DNA from: Nitrospirota bacterium | GTDB lineage: Bacteria; Nitrospirota; UBA9217 | Length of the DNA: 64,000 nucleotides | Assembly (NCBI GenBank): GCA_963737155.1 | Contig: CAVTRN010000002.1 | Location: 672,001-736,000 of the forward strand | Reading direction: 5' to 3' | Shown: one piece after another, positions 18,868 to 28,807 of the stretch | Numbering within the stretch: the first letter of the stretch is position 1 | Layout: every line of letters begins with the position of its first letter | The notes under the pieces: model-generated | Told to the model about the DNA's origin: nothing | Databases searched by the model: none | What the model saw: the letters and a program-made list of their open reading frames with translations, nothing else | Position numbers and translations under genes: made by a program

Positions 18868-21228
18868 ATGGGAACAGGGACTGAGAATATCAGAACACGA
18901 AAAGAATTTGCTATCGACAAAAAATTATACGAAAGCATCATGGACGGGATTACGTCTGGTGTCTGGGTGGCGGACAAGAATAACGTCATCTACTATGCGA
19001 ATAAAGCAATGGAGATGATAGCAGGAGTGACGCAACAGAAACTGATCGGGTCAAAGGTCTTCCCTAATAACGCGGAGCATGCGACAAAGGAATTTAGGCT
19101 CCACTACGATGAGGCGCAGGAGACTCTTCGGCCGGTGTATTATTCCGGGGCCTCCATCCTTACGTCGGCGGGAAAGCAGACATACCAGTCGGGGTGGCTG
19201 ATTCCGAAGATGAAAAAAGGATCTTACGACGGCATGATCTGCACGGTTGAGGATATTACAAATGAGAAACAGACAAGGAAAGCGCTAAAAGAGAGTGAAG
19301 CCAAATATCAGCAGCTTGTGGAAAGCGCCAACAGCATTATTCTGTGGATGGACAGCAAAGGTGTTATTACGTTCATTAATCCTTTTGCACGAAATTTATT
19401 CGGTTACGGCGAGCAGGAGATTATTGGTAAAAATATCTTGGGAACTATCGTGCCAGCAACGGAAAGCACCAGGCGGAATATGGAGACCATGCTGCAAAAC
19501 ATCGGGAACAATCCCGAGCAACATTCGAGCACTGAATATGAGATAATCCGGAAGAACGGAGACACTGTCTGGATATCCTTGTCGAACAAGGCGCTCTTCA
19601 GCGATAGTGGAACAATGAGCGGTATCCTCTGCATAGGCAATGATGTAACGATCCAGAAGCACCACGAAGCCCTTCTGACAAAGTGGAGCAGTGAGCTGGA
19701 AGAGAGAGTGAAGCTCGGCACCCTGCAGCTCAGCATTGCGAACGAGGAGCTCCAGCAGGAGATCGTCGAGCGCAAATGGATGGAGCAGAGCCTGCGGAAA
19801 TCGGAAGAAAAATACCGTCTCGTGGTTGAGTATGCGAATGAAGGCATCCTGATAACGCAGGATAATTACTTCCAGTATTTGAATCCCAAGGCGGTAAAGA
19901 TTTTGGGGCATCCCAAGGAAGAACTCACAGAAAGGCCATTCACCGATTTCATCTATCCCGACGACAGGGCGATGGTGACGGAGCGGCATCTGAAGAGAAT
20001 CAAGGGGGACAGTGTACCGCATTATTATTCCTGCAGAATCGTGGATGGTGAAGGGAACACCAAATGGCTGGAGATCAACTCGGTCCTGATCACATGGATG
20101 GGCAGGCCCGCCACGCTCGCCTTCTTCAACAACATCACGGAACGAAAGAAGGCCGAGGAGATGCTGCGACTGACAGAATCGGCGATTCAGCAGGCGGGAG
20201 ACTCTGTCGTCATTACAACGGCGAACCCTGTACGCTCTTCATCACGCATCGTTTTTTTCAATCCGGCTTTTACCAAAATGACGGGATATACGGCGGAAGA
20301 AGTTACTGACAAGCTCTCGCTTTTCCAGGGGCCGTTCACCGACGTCACGCAGTGGAAAAAGCTGGAGTCCGGTACATCGCAGAGCAAGGCCTTTTATCTT
20401 GAGACGGTGGCCACCCGGAAAGACGGAACGCAGTTTAATATGGAATGGCAGATTACCCCTCTGCGAGATGAAAGGGGAAAGGTCACTCATTTTGTCTCGG
20501 TCCAGCGGGACATAACCGAGAGGAAAAAGATCGAGGGGCAGGTTCACGCCTACCAGGAGCAGCTGCGGCTCCTGGCCTCGGAGCTGCTGCTCGCCGAGGA
20601 GCGGGAGCGAAGGCGCATCGCCATGGACCTTCACGATAATATCGGGCAGATGCTCGCCTTAACGAGGATCAAGCTCGGGGTACTCAGAAAATCGCTGTCC
20701 CGGGACGTCCACGAGGATGCCGTTAGCGGCATCGTTGAGCTCATCGATCAGTCGATCAGTTACACGAAATCCTTGTCCTTTGAGCTGAGTCCGCCGCTTC
20801 TGTATGATATCGGCATCGAAGCGACAATCGAATGGCTCGCAGAACATATGCAGAAACAGCATTACATTCTGTTCTACTGCAAAAATGACGGCAGCCCCAA
20901 GCCCTTGATGCGGGATGTCAGCATTCTCCTGTTCCAGACCGTGCGGGAGCTGTTCATGAATATTGTGAAGCACTCCCAGGCGCACCAGGTGAATGTCGGC
21001 ATCAGCCGCGAAGCCGATGACATTAAAATCGTCGTCGAAGACGACGGGATCGGATTCGATGCTTCGAAGATCGACACAAGCAGGACCTTTGGATTCTTCA
21101 GTATTCGGGAACGGTTAAAGTACCTTGGTGGCTCCCTGTCAATTGATACAGTGCCCGGCAGGGGCACTCGGGTTACAGTAACCTCACCTCTTGGCCAAAA
21201 AGATGTGAGGGAAGGAGTATCGTTATGA
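18868..21228 (+). CDS. Cytoplasmic multi-PAS sensor histidine kinase (HisKA_3/NarX-like transmitter)
   Basis: Four PAS/PAC repeats ending EDIT, NDVT, NNIT and RDIT; ERRRIAMDLHDNIGQ H-box; DDGIGF and GTRV; no TM helix seen. Confidence 0.92.
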   Translation: MGTGTENIRTRKEFAIDKKLYESIMDGITSGVWVADKNNVIYYANKAMEMIAGVTQQKLIGSKVFPNNAEHATKEFRLHYDEAQETLRPVYYSGASILTSAGKQTYQSGWLIPKMKKGSYDGMICTVEDITNEKQTRKALKESEAKYQQLVESANSIILWMDSKGVITFINPFARNLFGYGEQEIIGKNILGTIVPATESTRRNMETMLQNIGNNPEQHSSTEYEIIRKNGDTVWISLSNKALFSDSGTMSGILCIGNDVTIQKHHEALLTKWSSELEERVKLGTLQLSIANEELQQEIVERKWMEQSLRKSEEKYRLVVEYANEGILITQDNYFQYLNPKAVKILGHPKEELTERPFTDFIYPDDRAMVTERHLKRIKGDSVPHYYSCRIVDGEGNTKWLEINSVLITWMGRPATLAFFNNITERKKAEEMLRLTESAIQQAGDSVVITTANPVRSSSRIVFFNPAFTKMTGYTAEEVTDKLSLFQGPFTDVTQWKKLESGTSQSKAFYLETVATRKDGTQFNMEWQITPLRDERGKVTHFVSVQRDITERKKIEGQVHAYQEQLRLLASELLLAEERERRRIAMDLHDNIGQMLALTRIKLGVLRKSLSRDVHEDAVSGIVELIDQSISYTKSLSFELSPPLLYDIGIEATIEWLAEHMQKQHYILFYCKNDGSPKPLMRDVSILLFQTVRELFMNIVKHSQAHQVNVGISREADDIKIVVEDDGIGFDASKIDTSRTFGFFSIRERLKYLGGSLSIDTVPGRGTRVTVTSPLGQKDVREGVSL

Positions 21229-21872
21229 AACTCAAGGTCCTTCTGGCCGACGACCACGTTATGATGCGCGGCGGCCTTCGAATGTTACTCGAGCAGAATC
21301 CGGAACTTGCGGTAGTTGGAGAAGCCGAGGACGGCAGGGAGACAGTCCGTTTAGTCAGAAAACTGTCGCCGGACGTGGTAATCATGGACATTGCCATGCC
21401 CGATATGAACGGCATCGAAGCCACGCGCCAGGTTCTTGAAGGGCATCCCGGCATTAAAGTGATTGCGCTCTCCATGCATTCCGAGCGGCATTTCGTATCG
21501 GAGATGCTGAAAGCCGGGGCTTCAGCCTATCTCCTCAAGCAATGTGCCGTCGATGAACTTCTCACTGCCATCAAGACGGTGATGAAGAACCAGACCTATC
21601 TCAGCTCCTGCATTTCCGGTATAGTTGTAGACCATTTTGTGCGCAATGCATCGAAATCGGAGTCTACCGCATTCTCCCACCTGACCGACCGGGAGCGGGA
21701 GGTTCTCCAGCTCATGGCCGAAGGAATGACCTCCAAAGCGATAGCCAGTCAGCTGAATCTGAGCATCAAGACCATCGAAAGTCACCGGATGAATATAATG
21801 GAAAAGCTCAATATCCATACCGTCGCTGAATTGACGAAATACGCGATCCGCGAAGGACTGACCTCACTTTAG
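21225..21872 (+). CDS. NarL/LuxR family response regulator
   Basis: LADDH, MDIAMPDMNG, LTDREREVL and SIKTIESHR HTH; 4-bp overlap with the kinase. Confidence 0.95.
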   Translation: MKLKVLLADDHVMMRGGLRMLLEQNPELAVVGEAEDGRETVRLVRKLSPDVVIMDIAMPDMNGIEATRQVLEGHPGIKVIALSMHSERHFVSEMLKAGASAYLLKQCAVDELLTAIKTVMKNQTYLSSCISGIVVDHFVRNASKSESTAFSHLTDREREVLQLMAEGMTSKAIASQLNLSIKTIESHRMNIMEKLNIHTVAELTKYAIREGLTSL

Positions 21873-21949
21873 CACACTCCGATGCTGCTCAGCGCAACGC
21901 TGGCAATTACCCCGTACAACTTTCTTTGTATCCAAGTACCTTTCACTTC

Positions 21950-21990
21950 ATCAGTATTTCTCCTCCCCTAAAATCAGGGTTCTCCCTATT
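21950..21990 (+). promoter_or_regulatory. Putative response-regulator operator (two related boxes)
   Basis: ATCAGTATTTCTCCT at 21950 and near-palindromic ATCAGGGTTCTCCCTAT at 21973, 23 bp apart, upstream of the methyltransferase operon. Confidence 0.4.
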
Positions 21991-22112
21991 TGTTTTCCAC
22001 TGGCAAAAAGATACATTAATGATCATACGAAGCAGTGTTCCCGGTCAAGCCCGGACCTGCTCACAAAAGCAATCATAATATGCAAACAAAAGACAAAGAG
22101 AAAGGAGTTTAT

Positions 22113-23147
22113 ATGGCAAACAAACTGACACCGAGGGAGAGGGTGCTGAAGTTACTTCATGGGGAACAGGTTGACCGTCCTCCCATCTTCAGTGGAATGG
22201 GAAACGTCATCAAGCCGGTATTCGATAAATACGGGATCCTATTTTCAAAGGTTCACCGGGACCCTGAACTCATGGCAAAAGCAGCTGGAGGGATGTACCG
22301 CGAGTACGGTTTTGAAGGCGCCGTCGTACCTTTCGACCTCGGAGTCGAGGCAGAAGTGCTTGGAGCGAAGCTAAATTTTTACGATGATGTCGAAGGCATC
22401 CTGTATCCGACCGTGAAAGAAAAGTCCGTGAAGGATGCGAGTGACGTACACATTCCCGACGATCTTGCACATGCCGGCAGGTTGCCGGTGGTGGTCGGCG
22501 CGATAAAGGCTCTGCGCAGGGAGCTGGGAAACGACGTGGCCATCGGGACTTATGTTCTCGGACCCTTTACCCTCGCCGGCCAGGTCAAGGAGCTCGATGC
22601 CCTCTACGAAGAATCTTTTCTCGAGCCGGAAAAGACCAGCAAATTGCTGGAGAGGCTCTCTGATTTCATCATCCGGATCTTCAAGATCTACCAGGCTGCG
22701 GGAGCGGACTATTTCACTCTCAGAGAAATGGGAGGAACTTCGGATGTCATGAGTCCTAGGAGCTTCAAGAGCCTTATTAAACCTCATTTGCAGAGGATAC
22801 TCTCTGAGATGCCCCGGCCCAGCATTCTTCATATCTGCGGAGACACGAACGCCATCATAATCGACATGGCAGAGTGTGGGGCCGATGCGGTCAGCGTGGA
22901 CCACAAGAACTGTCTGACTGAGACAAGACAGAAGCTGGGGCCGAAAGCCATTATCCTGGGCAATTTCGACCCCATCAAGGTCCTCCACAAGGGAGCAGCT
23001 AAAGATGTGGGCCCCGCCGTCATCGAATCTATCAATGGCGGGGCGAATGCTGTATGGCCCGGTTGTGACCTGTGGCCTGAGGTGTCGAAGGAAAATATGG
23101 AAGCGCTTATGAATGCTTTGAAAGAAATCAACGTAAAGGTCGCCTGA
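22113..23147 (+). CDS. MtaA/CmuA (URO-D fold) Zn-dependent methylcobamide methyltransferase, copy 1
   Basis: AAAGGAG RBS; TPRERV, PFDLGVEAEVLG, GPFTLAG; Zn ligands LHICG and PGCD. Confidence 0.85.
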   Translation: MANKLTPRERVLKLLHGEQVDRPPIFSGMGNVIKPVFDKYGILFSKVHRDPELMAKAAGGMYREYGFEGAVVPFDLGVEAEVLGAKLNFYDDVEGILYPTVKEKSVKDASDVHIPDDLAHAGRLPVVVGAIKALRRELGNDVAIGTYVLGPFTLAGQVKELDALYEESFLEPEKTSKLLERLSDFIIRIFKIYQAAGADYFTLREMGGTSDVMSPRSFKSLIKPHLQRILSEMPRPSILHICGDTNAIIIDMAECGADAVSVDHKNCLTETRQKLGPKAIILGNFDPIKVLHKGAAKDVGPAVIESINGGANAVWPGCDLWPEVSKENMEALMNALKEINVKVA

Positions 23148-23170
23148 CCGGAAGGTATGGAACTAATCCA

Positions 23171-23788
23171 ATGCGGCTCGTGCAAGTGGCGGGATGGCTC
23201 GGCTCGGGGAAGACGACCCTGATTATAGCCCTCAGTAAGGGGCTTTCTCAAAAGGGTGTTAAGGTCGCTGTACTCGTGAACGAGATCGGCGCAATTCCAG
23301 TAGACGGCAGAGTGATCCAGGACTATGGTCTCACGGTGAAGGACCTCGGAGGGGGCTGTATCTGCTGTCAAATGGCAGGCAGCATGATGAAGACGCTGAG
23401 ACTCCTTCGGGAAGGACCGAATCCCGATGTTGTCATTCTCGAGCCCTCGGGCATCGCGGTGCCGCATGCGGTCAAGGAAACGATTCTCTCTACGTCGCCA
23501 TCCAGAGAGATAACCCTTGGCCCGACAATCGTGCTATTCGACACCACGCGCGCAACAAAGCTCTTGGGCTATGAAACGTTACAAAGAGTCATCACCACCC
23601 AGTTAAAAGACGCTGATATCATCGCGCTTAGCAAAAGCGATGCGATAGCGGGTGAGGCTTTTGCGAAGGCAGGTGAATCGGTTCGAGCTATCAACCCTCG
23701 CGCGCAGATCATCCGCCTGTCGGTGACGAACGGTGACGGGATGGCGGCACTCACTCAGGCGGTGGAGGAGATGGCCATACAGGCATGA
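23171..23788 (+). CDS. CobW/HypB/UreG (G3E) metallochaperone GTPase
   Basis: GWLGSGKTT, VNEIG, GGGCICC, EPSG and SKSD. Confidence 0.88.
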   Translation: MRLVQVAGWLGSGKTTLIIALSKGLSQKGVKVAVLVNEIGAIPVDGRVIQDYGLTVKDLGGGCICCQMAGSMMKTLRLLREGPNPDVVILEPSGIAVPHAVKETILSTSPSREITLGPTIVLFDTTRATKLLGYETLQRVITTQLKDADIIALSKSDAIAGEAFAKAGESVRAINPRAQIIRLSVTNGDGMAALTQAVEEMAIQA

Positions 23789-24198
23789 ACAACCTTCGGA
23801 TACATCCTCTTCATGAGGGCACGAGCGCCTATGCGACGGCCTGTTTCCTGTCGAGAGGAGGCAATATGGATAGCGCAGAGCTGCGCAGATTTGCGGAACG
23901 GTTGATGCATGCCATCTCGTCCTCTTCGATTAAGCGGGGCGCCAAGGTGATCGGGCACATCAAGGCTTACATTGAGCACCAGGATGGTTTCCTCCATGCC
24001 CATACCGTCGGAGAACCGGGAGACATCACCGTCGACGGCAGGGACGCAGGCCCGGTGGGACGGTTCAAACTCGTCGTGAATGCTATCATCTTCGGGCTCT
24101 CTGAGGAAGCGGTTAAGAACGCCGCGGATGAAGCAATCCGGGAAACTGCGGCCCTTTTCGATCTCGTGTGGGAGCCGGCCGGTTTATCAGGGGAATAA
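23785..24198 (+). CDS. Hypothetical protein, probable split C-terminal partner of the CobW GTPase
   Basis: IGHIKAY motif and LVVNAI; 4-bp overlap with the GTPase. Confidence 0.55.
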   Translation: MNNLRIHPLHEGTSAYATACFLSRGGNMDSAELRRFAERLMHAISSSSIKRGAKVIGHIKAYIEHQDGFLHAHTVGEPGDITVDGRDAGPVGRFKLVVNAIIFGLSEEAVKNAADEAIRETAALFDLVWEPAGLSGE

Positions 24199-24216
24199 AA
24201 AAGGAGAAAGATCACC

Positions 24217-25047
24217 ATGCGAGATACCATCCATCAAATACCGCTCGAGATCAACATGCAGGATTATCGGGTCATGAAGGAACCTTTTTATCTTCCCGTG
24301 CAGGACGAGGTGAAACTCTTCGAGATCGCCTATGAAAACAAGCTACCGTTGATGCTGAAAGGCCCCACGGGCTGCGGCAAGACAAGGTTCCTTTCCTACA
24401 TGGCGTATAAACAGGGCCTTCCCCTTATCACGGTGGGATGCCATGAAGACCTTACCGCCAGCGATCTTGTCGGCCGATATCTCCTCGATGGGGCCTCCAC
24501 GCGCTGGCAGGATGGCCCGATAACCCTTGCGGTCAAACATGGCGGGATCTGCTATCTCGACGAGATTGTTGAGGCGAGGAAGGACACCACGGTACTTATC
24601 CATCCCCTGACTGATGACAGGCGGGTCCTGCCGATTGAGAAGCGGGGTCAGATCATCGAAGCGGCGGACAATTTCATGATCGCCATTTCCTACAACCCCG
24701 GTTATCAGACGGTGCTCAAGGACCTCAAGCAGAGCACCAAGCAGCGCTTTATTTCGATCGATTTCGACTACCCGCCTGCACAGATTGAAGAAGAGATCAT
24801 CGTCCACGAGAGTGGCGTAGACCGAAACAATGCAGCGGTTCTTAGGAAGATCGCGGAAAAATTCCGCGCCATGAAGGGGCGGGGACTGGACGAAGGGGTA
24901 AGCACGAGGCTCCTGATCTATGCGGGGGTATTGATCCTGAAGGGAGTCGATCCCCGGCGGGCAAGCAGCGTTGCCCTCATAAAACCGATCACCGACGACC
25001 CGGAGATCCAGAAGACACTGGAAGAGATCGTCGCAGCGGTCGTGTAG
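24217..25047 (+). CDS. CbbQ/NirQ/NorQ family MoxR AAA+ ATPase
   Basis: [56 protein letters not shown] and STRLLIYA. Confidence 0.93.
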   Translation: MRDTIHQIPLEINMQDYRVMKEPFYLPVQDEVKLFEIAYENKLPLMLKGPTGCGKTRFLSYMAYKQGLPLITVGCHEDLTASDLVGRYLLDGASTRWQDGPITLAVKHGGICYLDEIVEARKDTTVLIHPLTDDRRVLPIEKRGQIIEAADNFMIAISYNPGYQTVLKDLKQSTKQRFISIDFDYPPAQIEEEIIVHESGVDRNNAAVLRKIAEKFRAMKGRGLDEGVSTRLLIYAGVLILKGVDPRRASSVALIKPITDDPEIQKTLEEIVAAVV

Positions 25048-25059
25048 GCGGATGACCTA

Positions 25060-27771
25060 ATGAGAGAGAATGGCATGGAAACCGGGCAGGCAGTCATTGC
25101 GGAGTTGGAGCAAACTCTAATCGATAAGATTGGTCATGATGAGGCTGCCCTTAAAACCATTGCCAGAGTAAGGGAACTCCTCGATGAACAGGGGAGGAAA
25201 GCATACCTCCTTCTCGTTGAGTCCTTCCTTTCTGTGGACGCTCCCTTTGCGAATCTCCTGATCAGAACCGGATACGAGACGCTATCCAGCATCCAGGGGC
25301 GGTCAGACCGCCGCGAGTCCCTCGAAGCGCTCCTCGGAATGGGAAGATCGAAATGGAGCGTCGTGGAACATGCCTACCTAAAGCTGCCGCAAATCGGCAG
25401 TGTTCCGGGTGAGTTCGTTCCCCGATGGCTGGGTTGGGGCAGAAGCCTTGCCGACATCGACCAGGACGTGGCGTTGCAGTATTTTGACTCCAGTCCAGCC
25501 GTGATAGGGAACATTGGCCATGAAAGAATGGAACGCTGGGCGCTGTCCGGTCTCGCGCTGGCAAAGAAGTCATGGAAGGCGGCAAGGGAATATTTCAAGT
25601 CGAGCCCGGAAATCACCAAAAAGATGGACCTCTGCGATCTCGATCGATGGGCGCGTATCGGCATGTATCTGATTGAAAAGAGTCCCCAGATGAAAGCTGG
25701 CTATGATGCCCATAGTCTCCTCGCGCAGGGCACCGGAGCAGGCAAGTCAAAGATCATGGATTCGGCCGTCCAATATTTCAAATCGGCCCCCCAGATACTG
25801 GGAAGACTTTCCCTGGATGATCTGGAAAACTGGGTGCAGAAGGGACTCGAGATCACCGGCACCGGAAACCGGAAGGGCGAGGCATACTTCTCCCTCAGGA
25901 CAAGCGCGAGCCATAAGGAGATGGATTTTCTCGTAAAGGGCATGGAGCTTAAGGACATTCATACGGTCCTCGACTCCTATGCAGAGTCCCTCATGGGACG
26001 GAAGGTGCGGATACGATCATCCTCTGTCTTTTACAAGAACCTGCCAGGGCTCGGCAGGTCATTCTCGGTGTCTGATGGATCGAGGGTTTTTATTCCGTCC
26101 CGCATGGAGATTTTCAACGAAGAAGAGCTCAATTTCAAAACCTATAAATGGGTGTTGACCCACGAACTCTCCCATCTCCTGTTCGGGACGTTTGCGATCA
26201 CCCAGGACGATAGGAAGCACCTCGCACAGTTCCAAGCCGCAGTTCCGTCATTCAAGATTTTTGAATTTCTCGAGGATGAGCGTGTTGACTTTCTTATGGG
26301 ACATCTTTATCCCGGTCTCGAAAAGGACAGGCAACTTATCATGAATGCGTTTGCCGCACAAATGGGCCGGAAGGACGAGCTCGGGCGGTCAGTCTTCGCG
26401 TCCGTCGGATTCCGGTTATCGGAAAAGCCGGATTCCTCGTCCCTTCGTCATAATCGTCTCAGTGGGCTCCTCTGCGAGGCGGTCTCCCGGGTGACGGTCC
26501 CGGATTGTACCATTCAAGACGTCCTTGCCCTCACCCTTAGGCTCTGCGAGGCGTGGGACGGCGCGGCCGCTTGTGAGCCCGGTGAAAGTCGGGAAACGGC
26601 AGACCGTCTCTTTTACCGCGGAGTACTCGATTTCAAGCTCGTTGAAGAGACGCGCATCGGCATGTCGAATCTGGTTGCCGGGATGGTCGAGCGTTTCCGG
26701 GAAAATAATAATGGGGCAACTCCTTTGAACATCGAGAAGGCTCTCGACAGGATCGATGAAGCCGAAGGTCCGGAATCTGAGATGCTCCTTTGGCAGATAA
26801 CGGACCCCGACGGCCTGGCGGAGCTCGCCCAACAGGTGGAGAGCGAACTCGAGGAAATTGAAAAGGAGAGTCGCTTCAGAAGGACCGTGCTCTACGACGA
26901 GTGGGACAACACCCTGGAGGACTACAAAAAGGAATGGTGCCGGGTGAGAGAGATTGATATGCCCTCCACATCACTCCTGTTTTACGACCGGACGGTGCAA
27001 CAGTATTACGGTATGGTCAGTCTCTTGCGGAGGCATTTCGGACTGCTTCGGCCCGACCGGATAAAACGTTATTTCCGCGAAGAGCGCGGGGATGACCTCG
27101 ATATTGATGCCCTCATCGAATCGGTTGTTGAGCGCCATGCGGGGATAACCCCCTCGGACCGCGTGTACATTCGCCGCGATAAGAAACTGCGTGACGTCTC
27201 GGTTGCCTTTCTCGTGGACATGAGCTTTTCGACCGGCGAAGCGCTCCCTTCAGGAAAAAGGATCATCGACGTCGAAAGTGAAGGGCTCGTCTTGATGGCC
27301 GAAGCCCTCGAAAGCATCGGCGACAGGTGGGCGGTATACGGATTTTCCACGGAGCGGAGAGACAAGGTGGATTTCTATGTGATCCGCGATTTCGATGAGC
27401 CTTTTAACGATGACGTGAAGATGCGCTTTGAGGGCATCAAACCCATGGCACAGACGAGGCTCGGAGCGGCCATCCGGCATGCAAACCGGTTGCTTGGGCG
27501 GCAGGATTCACTGATCCGGCTCCTGATCCTTCTCTCCGACGGCAGGCCCTATGACGTCGACTACGGAGACGTGGACTACGCAGTGGAGGACACGAAAATG
27601 GCCCTTTGGGAGGGCAGGGCCAAAGGGATCAGTTCCTACTGCATCACCGTCGATAAAAAGTCCAGGGACTATCTGCCCCATATGTATGGAGAGGCAAACT
27701 ACACCATCATCGACAACATCGATGCGCTGCCGATCAGCCTCCCCTTGATATATAAAAAACTTACCGTGTAG
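25060..27771 (+). CDS. CbbO/NorD family VWA-domain protein
   Basis: HELSH; YDEWD...DY; GDDLDIDA; MIDAS DMSFS; TRLGAAIRHA, LSDGRP and LPLIYKKLT. Confidence 0.9.
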   Translation: MRENGMETGQAVIAELEQTLIDKIGHDEAALKTIARVRELLDEQGRKAYLLLVESFLSVDAPFANLLIRTGYETLSSIQGRSDRRESLEALLGMGRSKWSVVEHAYLKLPQIGSVPGEFVPRWLGWGRSLADIDQDVALQYFDSSPAVIGNIGHERMERWALSGLALAKKSWKAAREYFKSSPEITKKMDLCDLDRWARIGMYLIEKSPQMKAGYDAHSLLAQGTGAGKSKIMDSAVQYFKSAPQILGRLSLDDLENWVQKGLEITGTGNRKGEAYFSLRTSASHKEMDFLVKGMELKDIHTVLDSYAESLMGRKVRIRSSSVFYKNLPGLGRSFSVSDGSRVFIPSRMEIFNEEELNFKTYKWVLTHELSHLLFGTFAITQDDRKHLAQFQAAVPSFKIFEFLEDERVDFLMGHLYPGLEKDRQLIMNAFAAQMGRKDELGRSVFASVGFRLSEKPDSSSLRHNRLSGLLCEAVSRVTVPDCTIQDVLALTLRLCEAWDGAAACEPGESRETADRLFYRGVLDFKLVEETRIGMSNLVAGMVERFRENNNGATPLNIEKALDRIDEAEGPESEMLLWQITDPDGLAELAQQVESELEEIEKESRFRRTVLYDEWDNTLEDYKKEWCRVREIDMPSTSLLFYDRTVQQYYGMVSLLRRHFGLLRPDRIKRYFREERGDDLDIDALIESVVERHAGITPSDRVYIRRDKKLRDVSVAFLVDMSFSTGEALPSGKRIIDVESEGLVLMAEALESIGDRWAVYGFSTERRDKVDFYVIRDFDEPFNDDVKMRFEGIKPMAQTRLGAAIRHANRLLGRQDSLIRLLILLSDGRPYDVDYGDVDYAVEDTKMALWEGRAKGISSYCITVDKKSRDYLPHMYGEANYTIIDNIDALPISLPLIYKKLTV

Positions 27772-27779
27772 AAAGGAGA

Positions 27780-28019
27780 ATGACCATGGAAGTCTGTTAC
27801 AAATGCGGAAGAGCGGCTGAATACATTTGCCCCGATTGCGGGACGAAGGTCTGCAAGGCGCATATGGAGCTCCGGTATGCGGGACCGGACCGGGGTTTCA
27901 AGTCCCGTTATATGTGCCCGGAATGCTGGAAAGTCAAGAGGAAGATGCTGAACGAGCAAATGATAAAAGCGCAGCAGTATTTGGCGAAACAGTATTTCTT
28001 TTTTCCAGGAAAAGGTTAG
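27780..28019 (+). CDS. Small Cys-rich zinc-finger protein
   Basis: CxxC-x7-CxxC-x4-CxxH and CxxC; AAAGGAG RBS. Confidence 0.7.
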   Translation: MTMEVCYKCGRAAEYICPDCGTKVCKAHMELRYAGPDRGFKSRYMCPECWKVKRKMLNEQMIKAQQYLAKQYFFFPGKG

Positions 28020-28031
28020 GGCAGGGGTGGC

Positions 28032-28730
28032 ATGCGGACACTGACAGCAACAGCGAAAAAAACGACGCGGGAGCGAGCGGCCGGTCGCGAAAAAATCAGA
28101 CAGCTTGAATGCTTTTCGATCGAACGCGGGGCGTACCGTGCACGGGCATTTTCCGCTCGAGGGGTCGTCATCGATGAACGGGTGAGGTTGAAGTGCCAGA
28201 TACCGCTCTGTCCTCACTATGGCAGAACGCTTACCTGCCCGCCCAACGTTCCTCCCTTTGAAGAATTCGTCAAAGCCGTGCGGCGTTATCAGACAGCCCT
28301 GCTCGTACAGACCCGGAGCGCACTGACTGGCGATATCGCGGTCTGCGACAGAGAGGAGGTCTTGAAATTCTTCGCGTCTCCGGGTGCGGCACAAAAGGAA
28401 AAAGGAGGTGAAAAGACTGGAACCGGCCAGAATCTTGACGCCATGAAGATCGCAGCTATTCGGCTGCACAAGCTCGTGAACGAGGTGGAACAAAAGGCCA
28501 TGTCCATGGGTTTTCCCTACGCGTTGGGACTCATAGGCGGTGAGTGTATGCTGTGCCAGGAATGTGCTGGCGCGGGTTCGGGAAAGGCATGCCGGCGTCC
28601 CTATGAAGCACGGCCTTCCATGGAGGGAGTCGGGATCGATGTCATCAAGACGAGCGCCGCGGCGGGGCTGCCCTTCGAACTACCCCCGAAACAGGAGATC
28701 GTCTGGTCAGGTTTAATACTGATCGATTAA
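28032..28730 (+). CDS. DUF2284 metal-binding protein
   Basis: RLKC..PLCPHYG..LTCPPN, GGECMLCQEC and RPSMEGVGIDV. Confidence 0.85.
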   Translation: MRTLTATAKKTTRERAAGREKIRQLECFSIERGAYRARAFSARGVVIDERVRLKCQIPLCPHYGRTLTCPPNVPPFEEFVKAVRRYQTALLVQTRSALTGDIAVCDREEVLKFFASPGAAQKEKGGEKTGTGQNLDAMKIAAIRLHKLVNEVEQKAMSMGFPYALGLIGGECMLCQECAGAGSGKACRRPYEARPSMEGVGIDVIKTSAAAGLPFELPPKQEIVWSGLILID

Positions 28731-28807
28731 GGCAGGAGACGGTCTTGCATGGTCAAGGCTGTCTGGAAACCACATTGTTAGGTGCACAACGACCACAGGA
28801 GGCAAAT

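Noticed and set aside
24217-27771. Evidence for the Calvin cycle or denitrification
   Set aside because: No cbbL/cbbM or norCB genes are in the window; the family name alone does not define the client.
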